Below are positions 30,855-41,198 of a stretch of 63,391 nt of DNA, one piece after another. The translations under genes were made by a program, and so were the position numbers. The notes beneath the pieces were generated by a model. The model saw only the letters and a program-made list of their open reading frames with translations, was not told where the DNA came from and made no database searches. Source of the DNA: an uncultured Cytophagaceae bacterium (GTDB lineage Bacteria; Bacteroidota; Bacteroidia; Cytophagales; Microscillaceae); the NCBI GenBank assembly GCA_964551015.1, contig CAZKBP010000003.1:213327-276717 (forward strand), in the 5' to 3' direction. The stretch's first letter is position 1; each line of letters opens with the position of its first letter.

Positions 30855-31006
30855 TTTCTTTTGGAAGCGATTTGAGTTTTATTTTGAAAATGTATTACAG
30901 TCTGTTTTTTTGCAGATGAAACTCCTTTTGAGCCGCCTACCGAAGTATGGCGGGAAAAAGCGGCATCATAAAATCTAAGTCTGGAATTCGAGCAGTCTCT
31001 TAGACC

Positions 31007-31759
31007 TCAGGTTTTAATCTCTTTCCAACTTGTAGTCGCTTGGGCGAGTTCTTTTCCGTCGCTGATCCGTTCCAGGCGATGGAGCAGATGCTGGCGATCT
31101 TCGAGCTGGGCAACTTTGCCCGAGATTTGATCGCCCCACAAACTTTCGGCCCGATAGATCATATCCAAAGTGTGTAGTTGATGCTCCCTAAGATAAACTT
31201 CGGGCAAGCACTCGATGACCCATTGGACATAATAGGCATTATTCACGTGATGATTTACATCCAAATCGTGCCAACCCACTCGGAACTCTCTTGTCGAAAA
31301 AGGCTCTTCCATCTTGGGCAACTTTCCCTTGGCGCGTGGATAAAATTCTATTTCCGCTGGCAAAGGAACCTTCCTGATAAAGTCTGGCACGCTAATCATA
31401 CTTCGCTTTTCCAAATCAATCACTAACCACACGCTCGTGGCGTGCGCGATTAAATGGCCTTGCGCATCTCTCACCTGAAAATCCCGATTTACATAGTACT
31501 TCTCGAAGCCCGCTGGATAGGTTTTTACCTGAACCTCTTCTTGGTGGAGGGGGTAGCGATCTACGGTCAGTTTCAAACGCATCAGGACCCAAGTAAGTCC
31601 TTTGGCTTGCAAGTCAGCCACCGAAATATTCAAGTGAGCCGCATTAATGCCAGCGGCTTCTTGCAAATAATTGGCAAGGGTAAAAATGGTGACTTGCTTA
31701 AAAGGATCAACCTCATAAGCTCTTACCTGATAAGTTCCTGTGTAGCTAGAGTTGTGCAT
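31007..31759 (-). CDS. Acyl-ACP thioesterase
   Basis: 250 aa. The N-terminal hotdog region YQVRAYEVDPFKQVTIFTLANYLQEAAGINAAHL and the tandem-hotdog layout (second half ..REFRVGWHDLDVNHHVNNAYYVQW) match the FatA/B-like family. Confidence 0.75.
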   Translation of the reverse strand: MHNSSYTGTYQVRAYEVDPFKQVTIFTLANYLQEAAGINAAHLNISVADLQAKGLTWVLMRLKLTVDRYPLHQEEVQVKTYPAGFEKYYVNRDFQVRDAQGHLIAHATSVWLVIDLEKRSMISVPDFIRKVPLPAEIEFYPRAKGKLPKMEEPFSTREFRVGWHDLDVNHHVNNAYYVQWVIECLPEVYLREHQLHTLDMIYRAESLWGDQISGKVAQLEDRQHLLHRLERISDGKELAQATTSWKEIKT

Positions 31760-31792
31760 CGCTTTGGTGATGTGAGTTGAAAAGCGAATATG

Positions 31793-32662
31793 CTAATTTT
31801 TTTTGATTTTAAAGAGGCGTTCTAGCAAAGGAGCAGGATGATTGAAAAGAGATTTACCAAAAAATTGCAGGAATTTTCCATAGTTTCGGGCATCCTTGAG
31901 ATAGCAAGCACTCAGAATGAGCGAAAGCCGCGCCAGACAATAGCGGTAATGGGCTTTACTTTGGAAAACCTGCTCTTTTCTCAATTTCTCAAAAGCGTAG
32001 CGCATATCCTGCTCCATGCGCGGAATGTTTTGGTGCATTTGCGCACTGTGGAGGCGGTATTTCACCAAAGGCTCAGCAACTCGACCAAAATCTCCTCGCC
32101 GAGCCATTTGTACCCACATTTCCCAATCGGCCGATGTGGATAAATTCGGATCAAACCCCTCGTGTTGCTCCATGATTGCGCGCCGGAGCATGACGCTCGT
32201 GGGGCTATAGACGACCGTTTTAGACATTTCCAATAAGTCGTTGAGCACTTTTCCGGCTGTTCCTGAAGTGATGGCGAGTGGTTTGCCCGTAGCAGAATCA
32301 AAATCAATCACATCGGAATGCACGAGTACGCACCCGGGGTGATTTTCCAGAAAGTTGACTTTTTTTTCTAGATTCTCAGGCAAATAAAGATCGTCTGCAT
32401 CTAAAAAAGCGATGTATTTTCCCCGCGCCTGAGCAATACCTGTATTTCTGGCGCAAGATACGCCCGCATTCTCCTGATAAAAATAGCGAATTCGCTCGTC
32501 TTGAAAAGATTGAATAATTTTAGCAGAATCATCCCGAGAACCATCATCCACGATGATCAACTCCCAACTGGAATAAGTTTGGGCCAGTACAGATTGAATC
32601 GTTTCCGAGATAAAGCTTTCGGCATTGTAGCAAGGCACGACAACAGAAACGAATGGAGTCAT
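31793..32662 (-). CDS. Glycosyltransferase family 2
   Basis: VSVVVPCYNAESFISETIQSVLAQTYSSWELIIVDDGSRDDS, with a DxD motif (FLDADD). Confidence 0.85.
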   Translation of the reverse strand: MTPFVSVVVPCYNAESFISETIQSVLAQTYSSWELIIVDDGSRDDSAKIIQSFQDERIRYFYQENAGVSCARNTGIAQARGKYIAFLDADDLYLPENLEKKVNFLENHPGCVLVHSDVIDFDSATGKPLAITSGTAGKVLNDLLEMSKTVVYSPTSVMLRRAIMEQHEGFDPNLSTSADWEMWVQMARRGDFGRVAEPLVKYRLHSAQMHQNIPRMEQDMRYAFEKLRKEQVFQSKAHYRYCLARLSLILSACYLKDARNYGKFLQFFGKSLFNHPAPLLERLFKIKKN

Positions 32663-32680
32663 TTTATAAAACGGGATAAA

Positions 32681-33145
32681 CTATGCATAAAATTGTCTTA
32701 GATACTTCACGATTTGCTGCATCTCCTCGTCAGAAAGCTTAGGACGGAGTTCGCTATCCAAGAGATTCTGCTCTTGGGCTGCTACTCGTGGATACCAATC
32801 GCCAGGCTCAGGCAAATCTCCCACTTGGCGTGGAACTAAATGCAAATGTACGTGAAACACGGTTTGTCCTGCCGAGGTACCGTCTTGAATCGTCCAGTTG
32901 AAGCCATTCGCATTGAAAATCTTCCTGAGTCCCAGCACTACCTTCCGGCTAAAAATCATCATCTCACCCAGCAATTCTTCGGGCATATCCAGCAGGCTCT
33001 GATAGTGAAACTCGGGAATTATCAATGAATGCCCAGGGAGAATGGGGGCGAGATTGTAAATGGCACGAAAATGTGAAGACGCCGCAAAGCTTGCCGCTAA
33101 GATTTTATCTTCACAAAAAGGACAATTAGAAACCGAACTTCCCAT
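32681..33145 (-). CDS. HIT family hydrolase
   Basis: It has the histidine triad HVHLHLVP, preceded by CPFC and IPEFH regions. The start was moved to ATG 33145 because the track start is GTG. Confidence 0.75.
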   Translation of the reverse strand: MGSSVSNCPFCEDKILAASFAASSHFRAIYNLAPILPGHSLIIPEFHYQSLLDMPEELLGEMMIFSRKVVLGLRKIFNANGFNWTIQDGTSAGQTVFHVHLHLVPRQVGDLPEPGDWYPRVAAQEQNLLDSELRPKLSDEEMQQIVKYLRQFYA

Positions 33146-33258
33146 ACAAAAAAAGATTCTTTTCTGGCGATACTCAGTACCTACAAAGATACGTATCACT
33201 TGAAAAGAATCAGAAAAATATCAATCTAAAAGCAAGTGGATTGCCAGTATAACCCGAT

Positions 33259-33606
33259 TTAGCGAGCGCTAAAAAACAAGACGATATAACCAAGAATCAT
33301 CATCCAGAAGTTCTCATCCAACTCTATTCCCCGAATATCAATAAAATCTAGACTGATATTGGTCACAAGAAATCCCGTGTACAGAACCAATCCGAGGAGG
33401 AAGAGAATAGCTCCGATCCACCGACTTGTGGAGTAACCCACTACGAAAGCCAGAGCGGCTCCGATCGCCATGAGCCAGAGCCCGATTGGTCCGGTCAGGC
33501 CAGAGATGAAAATCCAACCCATATGTAAGAAAAATCCGATGAGAAAAACGGTTAAACTAGCCCATTTCAAGGCTCCTGTATTTCTTGCACTCACTGTAGT
33601 TGCCAT
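33259..33606 (-). CDS. Small integral membrane protein (hypothetical)
   Basis: 115 aa with 4 predicted TM helices. Confidence 0.5.
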   Translation of the reverse strand: MATTVSARNTGALKWASLTVFLIGFFLHMGWIFISGLTGPIGLWLMAIGAALAFVVGYSTSRWIGAILFLLGLVLYTGFLVTNISLDFIDIRGIELDENFWMMILGYIVLFFSAR

Positions 33607-33931
33607 TTTGAAATAATTTTAGTTGTATGATTTGAGAGATGTTTTTGGTAGTTCTATTTTTATTCCAAAAGCAAGAATTTTCATATAAGTGATTTATTAT
33701 CAATTTCTTATATTTGAGGAGCCGAACAAGCGTTCCTTTGACTGGATGGGGAGTGAGTACATATTTCCACAAAAAAATGCCTCTTTTTTCCACATCTTCC
33801 TCATTTTCTTGGAATGCTTTCAAAAACGTATCTACAACCTTTGCGTGGGCACTGCGCGTCTGAGGTGCGTAAAGATGATCTGAAGAACATAGATCAGTAG
33901 GTTAAACTCAGATCAGGCATTACTGCCAAAA

Positions 33932-34258
33932 TCAAGGCAGGCGATGCCCAAAATCAATCAGAGCTTGAATAGCCGGGCGTAGTTCTTTGCCCAAAGGACT
34001 AATGGAGTAATAGACCACCTGGGGGGCTTTTTTGATGACGATTTTTTTCTCGATCAATTGGTCTTCCTTCATTTCTTTGAGCACTTGCGAAAGCATTTTT
34101 TCAGAAACACTACAAAGTGCTTCCTTTAATTCACTGTAGCGCTGGGAGCCTTCATCGATCAATTTCCATAGAATGAGTACTTTCCAACGGCTGCCCATCA
34201 CTTTGAGGGTCTTGGTAGCGGCCATGTAGGCGCAAGGATTGGGGGTTCGAGGGTACAT
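33932..34258 (-). CDS. HxlR-type winged-helix transcriptional regulator
   Basis: It has the HxlR pattern (C...GSRWKVLILWKL..GSQRYSELKEAL..VSEKMLSQVLKEMKEDQLIEKK) and is divergently paired with an NAD-dependent epimerase gene. Confidence 0.75.
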   Translation of the reverse strand: MYPRTPNPCAYMAATKTLKVMGSRWKVLILWKLIDEGSQRYSELKEALCSVSEKMLSQVLKEMKEDQLIEKKIVIKKAPQVVYYSISPLGKELRPAIQALIDFGHRLP

Positions 34259-34336
34259 GTGAAACCTACTTTTTGGTGCGTTATTGATTTTTCTGTCTTG
34301 TCAGGCTTCTTTTGTAACAAAACAAAGAACAAAATT

Positions 34337-35266
34337 ATGCAGGAAAGTACTAAAAATGTTTTTCTTTTGGGTGCCACAGGCTATATCGGTAAGCATATTA
34401 CCCAACAATTAATCGCAAGTGGCTATGAAGTCTACGCGCTAATTCGTAATCCTGAAAAGGCAAACCAACTTCCTCCTCAGGTGCACACGGTGCTAGGTGA
34501 TCTGCGAGAACCTCAAGTGTGGCTCGATCAATTAGCCAATAAAACTGCCGTGATTCACGCCGCTTTTCCCAGTCACGGAGGGACTTGGGCAGAATCTGTG
34601 GCTCATGAAGGCGTTTTTTTAGAGCAGCTTGTAGAAAAATTAACCAATCAGGAAACTACCCTGATTCTGAGTAATGGCACCGCTTTCTTAGGAGATAGTG
34701 GCACGCAGAACCGTTTGGATGAAAGTGCTCCTATTCTGGAAGCTCATCCGGGGAGCATCCGTGGAAAAATGATAGAAAAAATCCGACAAGCGGCCAACCA
34801 AAGTCTAAAAATCATGGAGCTTCGCCTGGCTTCTTTTGTGTATGGAGAAGATGGAAGTGTGTTTTTGCCAATTTTATTAGAATCTGCGCGTAAAACCAAA
34901 AAATCAATTTTCGTAGAAGAGGGCAATTTCTTTACCTCTACACTCCACGTAGAAGCGGCTGCCCGTGCCTACGTGGATGCGCTAGAACAAGGCAAATCTG
35001 GAGAAATCTATCACATCGCTGGCGACGAAGAACCTTCCATCAGAGACATAGCGCAGGCCGTGGCCGTGGCGGTAGGCAAAGACTGCCAAACCATTTCCGT
35101 GAGTGCCGAAGAGGCGTTGCATTATCTAGACCCTTTTACGGCTATGTTTCTATCACAAAATAATCGCTTGGACAGCCAAAAAGCACGAAAAGAACTAGCC
35201 TGGTCAGGACATACTCCTGTGCCCATGCTTTGGGATATTGCTTACGGTTCTTATCGGGTTTGCTAA
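34337..35266 (+). CDS. NAD-dependent epimerase/dehydratase family protein
   Basis: Rossmann motif VFLLGATGYIGKHI from ATG 34337. The track start is an upstream GTG. Confidence 0.75.
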   Translation: MQESTKNVFLLGATGYIGKHITQQLIASGYEVYALIRNPEKANQLPPQVHTVLGDLREPQVWLDQLANKTAVIHAAFPSHGGTWAESVAHEGVFLEQLVEKLTNQETTLILSNGTAFLGDSGTQNRLDESAPILEAHPGSIRGKMIEKIRQAANQSLKIMELRLASFVYGEDGSVFLPILLESARKTKKSIFVEEGNFFTSTLHVEAAARAYVDALEQGKSGEIYHIAGDEEPSIRDIAQAVAVAVGKDCQTISVSAEEALHYLDPFTAMFLSQNNRLDSQKARKELAWSGHTPVPMLWDIAYGSYRVC

Positions 35267-35415
35267 GCAAAAATATTTCGGCTGGCACTTTTGAATCTTT
35301 CGGCGTTTTTGCTGTTTTTAGAATAGAAGTTGTTCAGAGGCGTTGATTGAGTGGTGAAATATGAATTTTGCAACCCAAAGAGCAACTTTGGACAACTTCA
35401 TAAACAACAAAGCTT

Positions 35416-36444
35416 ATGCAAAAACGCGGTTGGTTACTTCTTCTAGGTCTTTTCATGCTCGATCTAAGTCTTGCTCAGGAAGAAAGTACACTAGATCAGA
35501 TTATTGCTCAGGTCAATGATGAAATCATCCTCGAGTCCGAATTGGGAAAACTTTACAGCCAATTACAAGCGGATGGTCAAATTGCTTCCGATGATGACCC
35601 ACAAACCATACGCTGTGAATTATTAGAATTTTTACTGACCAATAAAGTACTGCTGGCCAAGGCGCGTATGGATTCCATCAAAATTCCTGAAGAGGTCATA
35701 GAGGCAGAACTCAGGGAAAGACTGAGATTAGCTCCGTCTAATATTCCCGAGGTCAGGCTGCAAGAAATCCTCCGTGAGTTGCGCCCGGTCGTAGAAGAAC
35801 AATTGTTGGTGGCTAAAATAGAACGGATACTTACACAATCGGTAGAAGTCACCCCCCAAGAGGTGCGCTATTATTTTTCAGATACGCCGCCTGATGAAAT
35901 GCCCGAAGTAGGGGTGAGGGTAGAGGTAGCCCAACTCGTGGTTTTGCCGAGCGAAAACCAAGCTTTCAGGCGGCAATATGGTTTAGATGCCGATCCCAGT
36001 TTGGCGCAGGCATTTCTGGATAGCTTGCGTCAAGAGATGATAGCCGGAGAAATTAGTTTCGAGGAAGCGGCTCGTGCATTTTCAGATGATCGGCGCACGG
36101 CTGAAAATAATGGTTTTTTTTACTACAACTTAGGGGATAATCTTTTGCCCGTAGACGCATTAGATTCCTATGTTTTTTTTACGGTTGATACCATGGAGGT
36201 AGAAGAGATTTCTCCTTCCCTTCCTTATCGAGATGATGAGGGAGAAGCTGGTTTTCGTCTCCTCTATCTCAAATCTAAATTGCCTGCCCACCGTGCAAGC
36301 CTAGAAAATGACTTTGCTTACCTCCGTCAAATCGTGCTCCAAGCCAAGCGAGAAGAATTTATCCAAGACTGGATGCGAGAGAATGCCTCTCAATTAGCGA
36401 TCAGCTATGATGAAAACTTTGAGGATTGCACCTTTTGGGAATAG
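35416..36444 (+). CDS. Periplasmic SurA-N-terminal-domain-like chaperone/peptidyl-prolyl isomerase-like protein
   Basis: It has a signal peptide. IIAQVNDEIILESELGKLYSQLQADGQ resembles the SurA N-terminal chaperone domain. A PPIase domain is not clearly recognisable. Confidence 0.4.
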   Translation: MQKRGWLLLLGLFMLDLSLAQEESTLDQIIAQVNDEIILESELGKLYSQLQADGQIASDDDPQTIRCELLEFLLTNKVLLAKARMDSIKIPEEVIEAELRERLRLAPSNIPEVRLQEILRELRPVVEEQLLVAKIERILTQSVEVTPQEVRYYFSDTPPDEMPEVGVRVEVAQLVVLPSENQAFRRQYGLDADPSLAQAFLDSLRQEMIAGEISFEEAARAFSDDRRTAENNGFFYYNLGDNLLPVDALDSYVFFTVDTMEVEEISPSLPYRDDEGEAGFRLLYLKSKLPAHRASLENDFAYLRQIVLQAKREEFIQDWMRENASQLAISYDENFEDCTFWE

Positions 36445-36450
36445 TCGAGG

Positions 36451-36708
36451 CTATTCCTGAAAAGTCAGTTTGCAAAAAAGCAGGATCGAGGCCAAAGCCA
36501 AAGTAACCATATTAGCTAGGATAATCGGTAAATCCCAAATTAGCAATCCATAGATCAACCAAAGCATCACTCCAGCACAAAAAACCAAAAACATCGTCAA
36601 AGATAAATCCTTGGCCGATTTACTCTTGATGGTTTTGATGACCTGTGGCAAAAAGGCAATCGTGGTCAACGTTCCAGCCATAAGGCCAAGAAGCTGAATG
36701 TAGTTCAT
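36451..36708 (-). CDS. SemiSWEET sugar transporter (PQ-loop, 3-TM)
   Basis: 85 aa with three TM helices and the PQ motif (TIAFLPQVIKTIKSKSAKDLS). ...WDLPIILANMVTL closely resembles characterised bacterial SemiSWEETs. Confidence 0.8.
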   Translation of the reverse strand: MNYIQLLGLMAGTLTTIAFLPQVIKTIKSKSAKDLSLTMFLVFCAGVMLWLIYGLLIWDLPIILANMVTLALASILLFCKLTFQE

Positions 36709-36804
36709 ATGATTTTGGTTCGATGATTAATGGCAAACTTTGGGATGCTTCCTATTTATGAAAAGGAACAATTGCGATGAGTCAAGCTCTTCATTTACAA
36801 TTGC

Positions 36805-37332
36805 TTACAAAAGCATTTCTCCCACTTCGCGCCAGTTATTGACTCGGGTAAATTCCGTTTCTAATAGATTATGCGGAGCGGAAAACAAAATACCCTTCCC
36901 TGTAAAAGGACGTAAATTCCTAGGATGGTCATCGATGAGATAATCGGCCTGAATCATATACTTATGCCCACAAAAAACCCAATTCATACAAGGAATAAAA
37001 GGAAAATGCTCTTGCAACCACTCGTATTTATGGATAAAAGAAGTAGGAAACTCCATCGCCGCCGTCACGATAAATACTTCGTACTGCTCCATGAGCTGCT
37101 TGACCACCTCCTGACTGTCTGGCATCACGCCTAAATCCTTAAAAAAACCTAAGCGGTGCGGATAAGCTCTGGCAACCTCTTGGTGAGCGGTAATACCTCG
37201 GGGAAAGGTTTTTCCTTTCAAATCTTCCCGCTTGATTTCTATTTGATAATCTCTTTGATACCATTCCATGTATCGGCCTAGAGAATCAGCCAAGACTTCA
37301 TCCATATCGATAGCAATGCGTTTTTTTTCCAT
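36805..37332 (-). CDS. 5'(3')-deoxyribonucleotidase (HAD superfamily, NT5C-like)
   Basis: IAIDMDEVLAD matches HAD motif I (DxDxV/T). The size and overall pattern match NT5C-type deoxyribonucleotidases. Confidence 0.7.
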   Translation of the reverse strand: MEKKRIAIDMDEVLADSLGRYMEWYQRDYQIEIKREDLKGKTFPRGITAHQEVARAYPHRLGFFKDLGVMPDSQEVVKQLMEQYEVFIVTAAMEFPTSFIHKYEWLQEHFPFIPCMNWVFCGHKYMIQADYLIDDHPRNLRPFTGKGILFSAPHNLLETEFTRVNNWREVGEMLL

Positions 37333-37422
37333 TTCTTTTGTTTAAATTTGCATATTCACGAATATAAATGCAAATAAACGCACAAAAACGCGTACATACA
37401 AATTAAGAAATCGTGAAATTTT

Positions 37423-38172
37423 ATGCTCAAAGAAGAACGCTTCCGATACATTCTGGAGAAGCTACGCCTCAATAGCCGTGTCTTGTCCCAAGCACTAAGC
37501 CAAGAGTTGGGCGTCTCGGACGATACCATCCGGCGAGACTTACATCAGTTGGCCGAAGAAGGTTTGATCGAGAAAGTACACGGAGGCGCCATTCCCAAAT
37601 CTACCCTTTCTCCCGATTACCGGCAAAGACAAAAGATAGCCATTCCAGAAAAAAAAGTGCTGGCACAAAAGGCACTCAAATTACTCGAGCATCACCAAAC
37701 GATCATCCTAGACGGAGGAACAACTAATTTAGCCTTAGCACGTAGTTTGCCACCTGATTTACAAGCCACCGTTTTTACCAATGGATTACCCATTGCTTTG
37801 GCTTTGAGCAATCACCCCACCGTAGAAGTAATCCTGCTGGGAGGAAAGCTATTCAAATTGTCTCAGGTAACCGTGGGTTTAGAAGCGATCACCGCCTTAG
37901 AAAATGTGCGTGCAGACATTTGTATACTGGGGGTAGGTAGTATCCATACCGAGATTGGGCTGACGGTTCCAGACCGAGAAGAAGCGCAGGTCAAGCACAA
38001 AATGGTGGAGGCCTCTACACGAATTGTAGCCTTAGCCACAGAAGATAAAATCAACACGGCCGATCATTACGTGGTTTGTGCGTATCACGATTTATCCGTA
38101 TTGATTGTCGAGGACGGTTTAAACCCCAACCTGCTCCGAGGCTATGAGGAGCAGGGAGTGAATATTTTGTAG
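37423..38172 (+). CDS. DeoR/GlpR family transcriptional regulator
   Basis: It has an N-terminal HTH (ILEKLRLNSRVLSQALSQELGVSDDTIRRDL) and a C-terminal DeoR sugar-phosphate-binding domain (IILDGGTTNLALA). Confidence 0.85.
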   Translation: MLKEERFRYILEKLRLNSRVLSQALSQELGVSDDTIRRDLHQLAEEGLIEKVHGGAIPKSTLSPDYRQRQKIAIPEKKVLAQKALKLLEHHQTIILDGGTTNLALARSLPPDLQATVFTNGLPIALALSNHPTVEVILLGGKLFKLSQVTVGLEAITALENVRADICILGVGSIHTEIGLTVPDREEAQVKHKMVEASTRIVALATEDKINTADHYVVCAYHDLSVLIVEDGLNPNLLRGYEEQGVNIL

Positions 38173-38400
38173 AATTCAAAAAATTAAAAAAGGGGACGCC
38201 CTCCGATCTCTTTGTAGAGATTAGCCAAGGCGATCAAGAGTCTAATTGGTTCTATCAAGGTTGTTTTTTTGGCGATAAACTGCTAGATTAGTGAGTGCAA
38301 GTCAAAGGCTTAATTTCAACAGCATTTCAGGGTTTTTATAGCAAAGGGGCTTCGCTACCTTGCCTTGAAGTGCTTCCTCAACCCATCTATCTTTTGAGCA

Positions 38401-41115
38401 ATGATGAACCAAGAAATTGAGAAAAAAGGATTAGAAAAAACAAAAAATGATCTAGACTTTTTACTGAACTGCTATCGGGAAATGCTTTTGGAAGTGCCCG
38501 AACCAGAAATTGCCACACTGATTCATGCTTCCGAAGACAATCTAACTCTAGATTCACAGCACATTCCCAAAGATAAATTAATACAAGCACTCAGCATTTA
38601 TTTCCAATTAACTAACCTGGTGGAAGAAAACGCCGCGACCCAATTCCGCAGAGGTCTTGAGGATCAGTACGGCATGGATGCGATTCGAGGCTCTTGGGCT
38701 GAAACCTTCCGCTTATGGAAGCAACAGGGACTCGAGGAGGACGAAATGGCTGCTCTCTTGCCTCAATTGGACATCATGCCCGTACTCACGGCACACCCTA
38801 CCGAGGCCAAGCGCGTTTCGGTGCTGGAGTTGCATCGTGAATTGTATCTTTTGTTGGTCAAAAATGAAAATTCTATTTGGTCCAAAGCTGAGAAAAATGC
38901 CATCCGAACCAGCATAAAGGCCATCTTAGAACGCTGGTGGCGAACGGGCGAACTCTATTTGGAAAAACCAGATATCTCCGCCGAACGTGACAACGTGCTC
39001 TACTATTTTAGTCAAGTATTCCCGATCGCTTTACAACAGAGTGATATCCGATTGAAAAACATCTGGATAGCCATGGGTTTTGATGCGGACAAATTATCTC
39101 AACCAGAACAATACCCTCGCTTGCATTTCGGGAGCTGGGTAGGCGGGGATAGAGATGGACATCCCTTCGTGACCGCCGAAGTTACCAAAGATACTCTGGA
39201 GCTACATCGCGGAGTCGCTTTGAACCTGATTCACCAACAACTCGAGGCTTTGGCCGCTAAGATGACGATTTCTGATAATCTAATTTCTGTGCCAGCTTCC
39301 TTGCAAACAGCGATTCAAGCAAAAACCGAGGCACTGGGAGACGCTGGCAAGAAGGCCATCGAGCGCAACCCCATGGAGTCTTGGCGGCAGTATATCAATC
39401 TCTTGATCTTACAACTTGAAAATACACAAGCGCATCGTACCTCTGAGCTTCACTACGCATCTCCTCAGGAGCTACAGGCAGATTTGATGCTGCTGAGGGA
39501 GTCGCTGATTGAGATCGGGGCTAATAGGGTAGCCGAGGATGTCCTTTTCCACACTGAACGCCAAGTGCAATGCTTTGGCTTTCACCTTGCCAAATTGGAT
39601 ATCCGACAGAATAGCGCCTATCACGAAAAAGCAATCAGTCAAGTTTTAAGTACTGCTGGCTTGGAACAGGCAGACTACTTGCATTGGGAGGAAGAAAAAA
39701 GAGTTCAATTCTTAAGCGACGAACTTAAGAGCAAGCGGCCTTTTTTGGCTCAAGGAACTCCCTGTGGCCCCGAGGCCGATCAGGTATTGGCCTATTACCG
39801 GGTACTGCGAGCGCACGTCGATGCCTTTGGAACCGAGGGCATTGGCTCTCTGATCGTCAGTATGACTCGGGGACTGAGCGATTTATTGGTGGTTTATGTC
39901 TTTTTGAGGGAAGTGGGGCTGCTAGAACATGCCTTGCAAATCGTCCCGCTATTTGAAACCATTGATGATCTGAAAAATGGCGCACAAATTTTGGATAAAT
40001 TTCTAGCTCACCCTGCTACGCAAAAGCGATTTGAAGATACTGCGCTCGAAAATTTCCAAGAAGTGATGCTGGGTTACAGTGATAGCAACAAGGACGGAGG
40101 GATTTTGGCCAGCCGTTGGAATATCTACAAAGCAGAAAAAAAGCTAAGCGAGATTGGACGAAAACACGGGGTTAAACTGTGCTTCTTTCACGGCATTGGT
40201 GGTACGATCAGTAGAGGAGGGGGGAAATATCACCGTTTTTTGGAAAGCATGCCTTATAACACGATGAGTGGACACATCAAACTAACGGTGCAAGGAGAAA
40301 CGATCGCGCATCAGTTTGCTAATTTGATGAATGCCACTTATAATCTGGAAATGCTACTATCTGGGACAGCGCGCCAAGCTATGCGGGCAAAATTTCAAGA
40401 AGCGGAGGATTCCTTTCCAACGGAAATTATCGAGCAATTAGCTGAATATTCATTGGAGCATTTTCAGAGCCTCATTCAACATTCCGATTTTATACATTTC
40501 TACTCCGAAGCTACGCCCATTGACATTTTAGAACAAAGTAATATTGGCTCTCGTCCGGCTCGGCGCACGGGTACTCGCTCCCTGGCGGACCTCAGGGCAA
40601 TCCCTTGGGTATTTAGCTGGAATCAATCTCGCTTTGGCCTAACGGGTTGGTTTGGTTTGGGCACGGCTTTGAAAAAGTTGCAAACTCAATCTCCGGAGGC
40701 TTACGAGCAACTACAAAACACAGCCGATCACTGGCCTTTTCTGAGGTATGTTTTAATCCACGTAGAAACCAACCTCCTGATCGCCAACCCTGCCACCATG
40801 GAGGCTTATGCGGCATTGGTACAGGATGCCAATTTGAGAGATGAACTGCTGACAAAAATACAGGCCGATTATCGGGAAGGGCTCGAGCAAATTTCTACGC
40901 TTTTTGGGCAATCCGCGGAAGTGCGCCGAGTCAGCCAATTGGAAAATTTACGTACCCGCGAACAAAAATTACAAATTTTACATCAAATTCAAATGGAATA
41001 CCTAAAAGCTTGGCGGGGCTTAGAAAACCCTGATTCTGAGGTATCTGCGCAATTACTTGCTAGCATATTAGCTACGATTAACTCCATCTCGGCTGGCCTG
41101 CGGAATACGGGATGA
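38401..41115 (+). CDS. ppc: Phosphoenolpyruvate carboxylase
   Basis: 904 aa with the VLTAHPTEAKR signature, the FHGIGGTISRGGG motif and a C-terminus ending ...LRNTG. Confidence 0.9.
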   Translation: MMNQEIEKKGLEKTKNDLDFLLNCYREMLLEVPEPEIATLIHASEDNLTLDSQHIPKDKLIQALSIYFQLTNLVEENAATQFRRGLEDQYGMDAIRGSWAETFRLWKQQGLEEDEMAALLPQLDIMPVLTAHPTEAKRVSVLELHRELYLLLVKNENSIWSKAEKNAIRTSIKAILERWWRTGELYLEKPDISAERDNVLYYFSQVFPIALQQSDIRLKNIWIAMGFDADKLSQPEQYPRLHFGSWVGGDRDGHPFVTAEVTKDTLELHRGVALNLIHQQLEALAAKMTISDNLISVPASLQTAIQAKTEALGDAGKKAIERNPMESWRQYINLLILQLENTQAHRTSELHYASPQELQADLMLLRESLIEIGANRVAEDVLFHTERQVQCFGFHLAKLDIRQNSAYHEKAISQVLSTAGLEQADYLHWEEEKRVQFLSDELKSKRPFLAQGTPCGPEADQVLAYYRVLRAHVDAFGTEGIGSLIVSMTRGLSDLLVVYVFLREVGLLEHALQIVPLFETIDDLKNGAQILDKFLAHPATQKRFEDTALENFQEVMLGYSDSNKDGGILASRWNIYKAEKKLSEIGRKHGVKLCFFHGIGGTISRGGGKYHRFLESMPYNTMSGHIKLTVQGETIAHQFANLMNATYNLEMLLSGTARQAMRAKFQEAEDSFPTEIIEQLAEYSLEHFQSLIQHSDFIHFYSEATPIDILEQSNIGSRPARRTGTRSLADLRAIPWVFSWNQSRFGLTGWFGLGTALKKLQTQSPEAYEQLQNTADHWPFLRYVLIHVETNLLIANPATMEAYAALVQDANLRDELLTKIQADYREGLEQISTLFGQSAEVRRVSQLENLRTREQKLQILHQIQMEYLKAWRGLENPDSEVSAQLLASILATINSISAGLRNTG

Positions 41116-41198
41116 CGGGAAAAGCAGCTATTTCACCAAACGACCCGAACCACGAATTCAAAAACTTACCATTTGAACCTTAAAACTAACACGCGATC

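Noticed and set aside
41116-41198. Bacteroidota-type -7 promoter element (TAnnTTTG) upstream of sdhC (TACCATTTG), and similar near-matches upstream of ppc and ccoNO
   Set aside because: None matches the consensus exactly; each has an extra or missing base. Without a position weight matrix these calls would be guesses.
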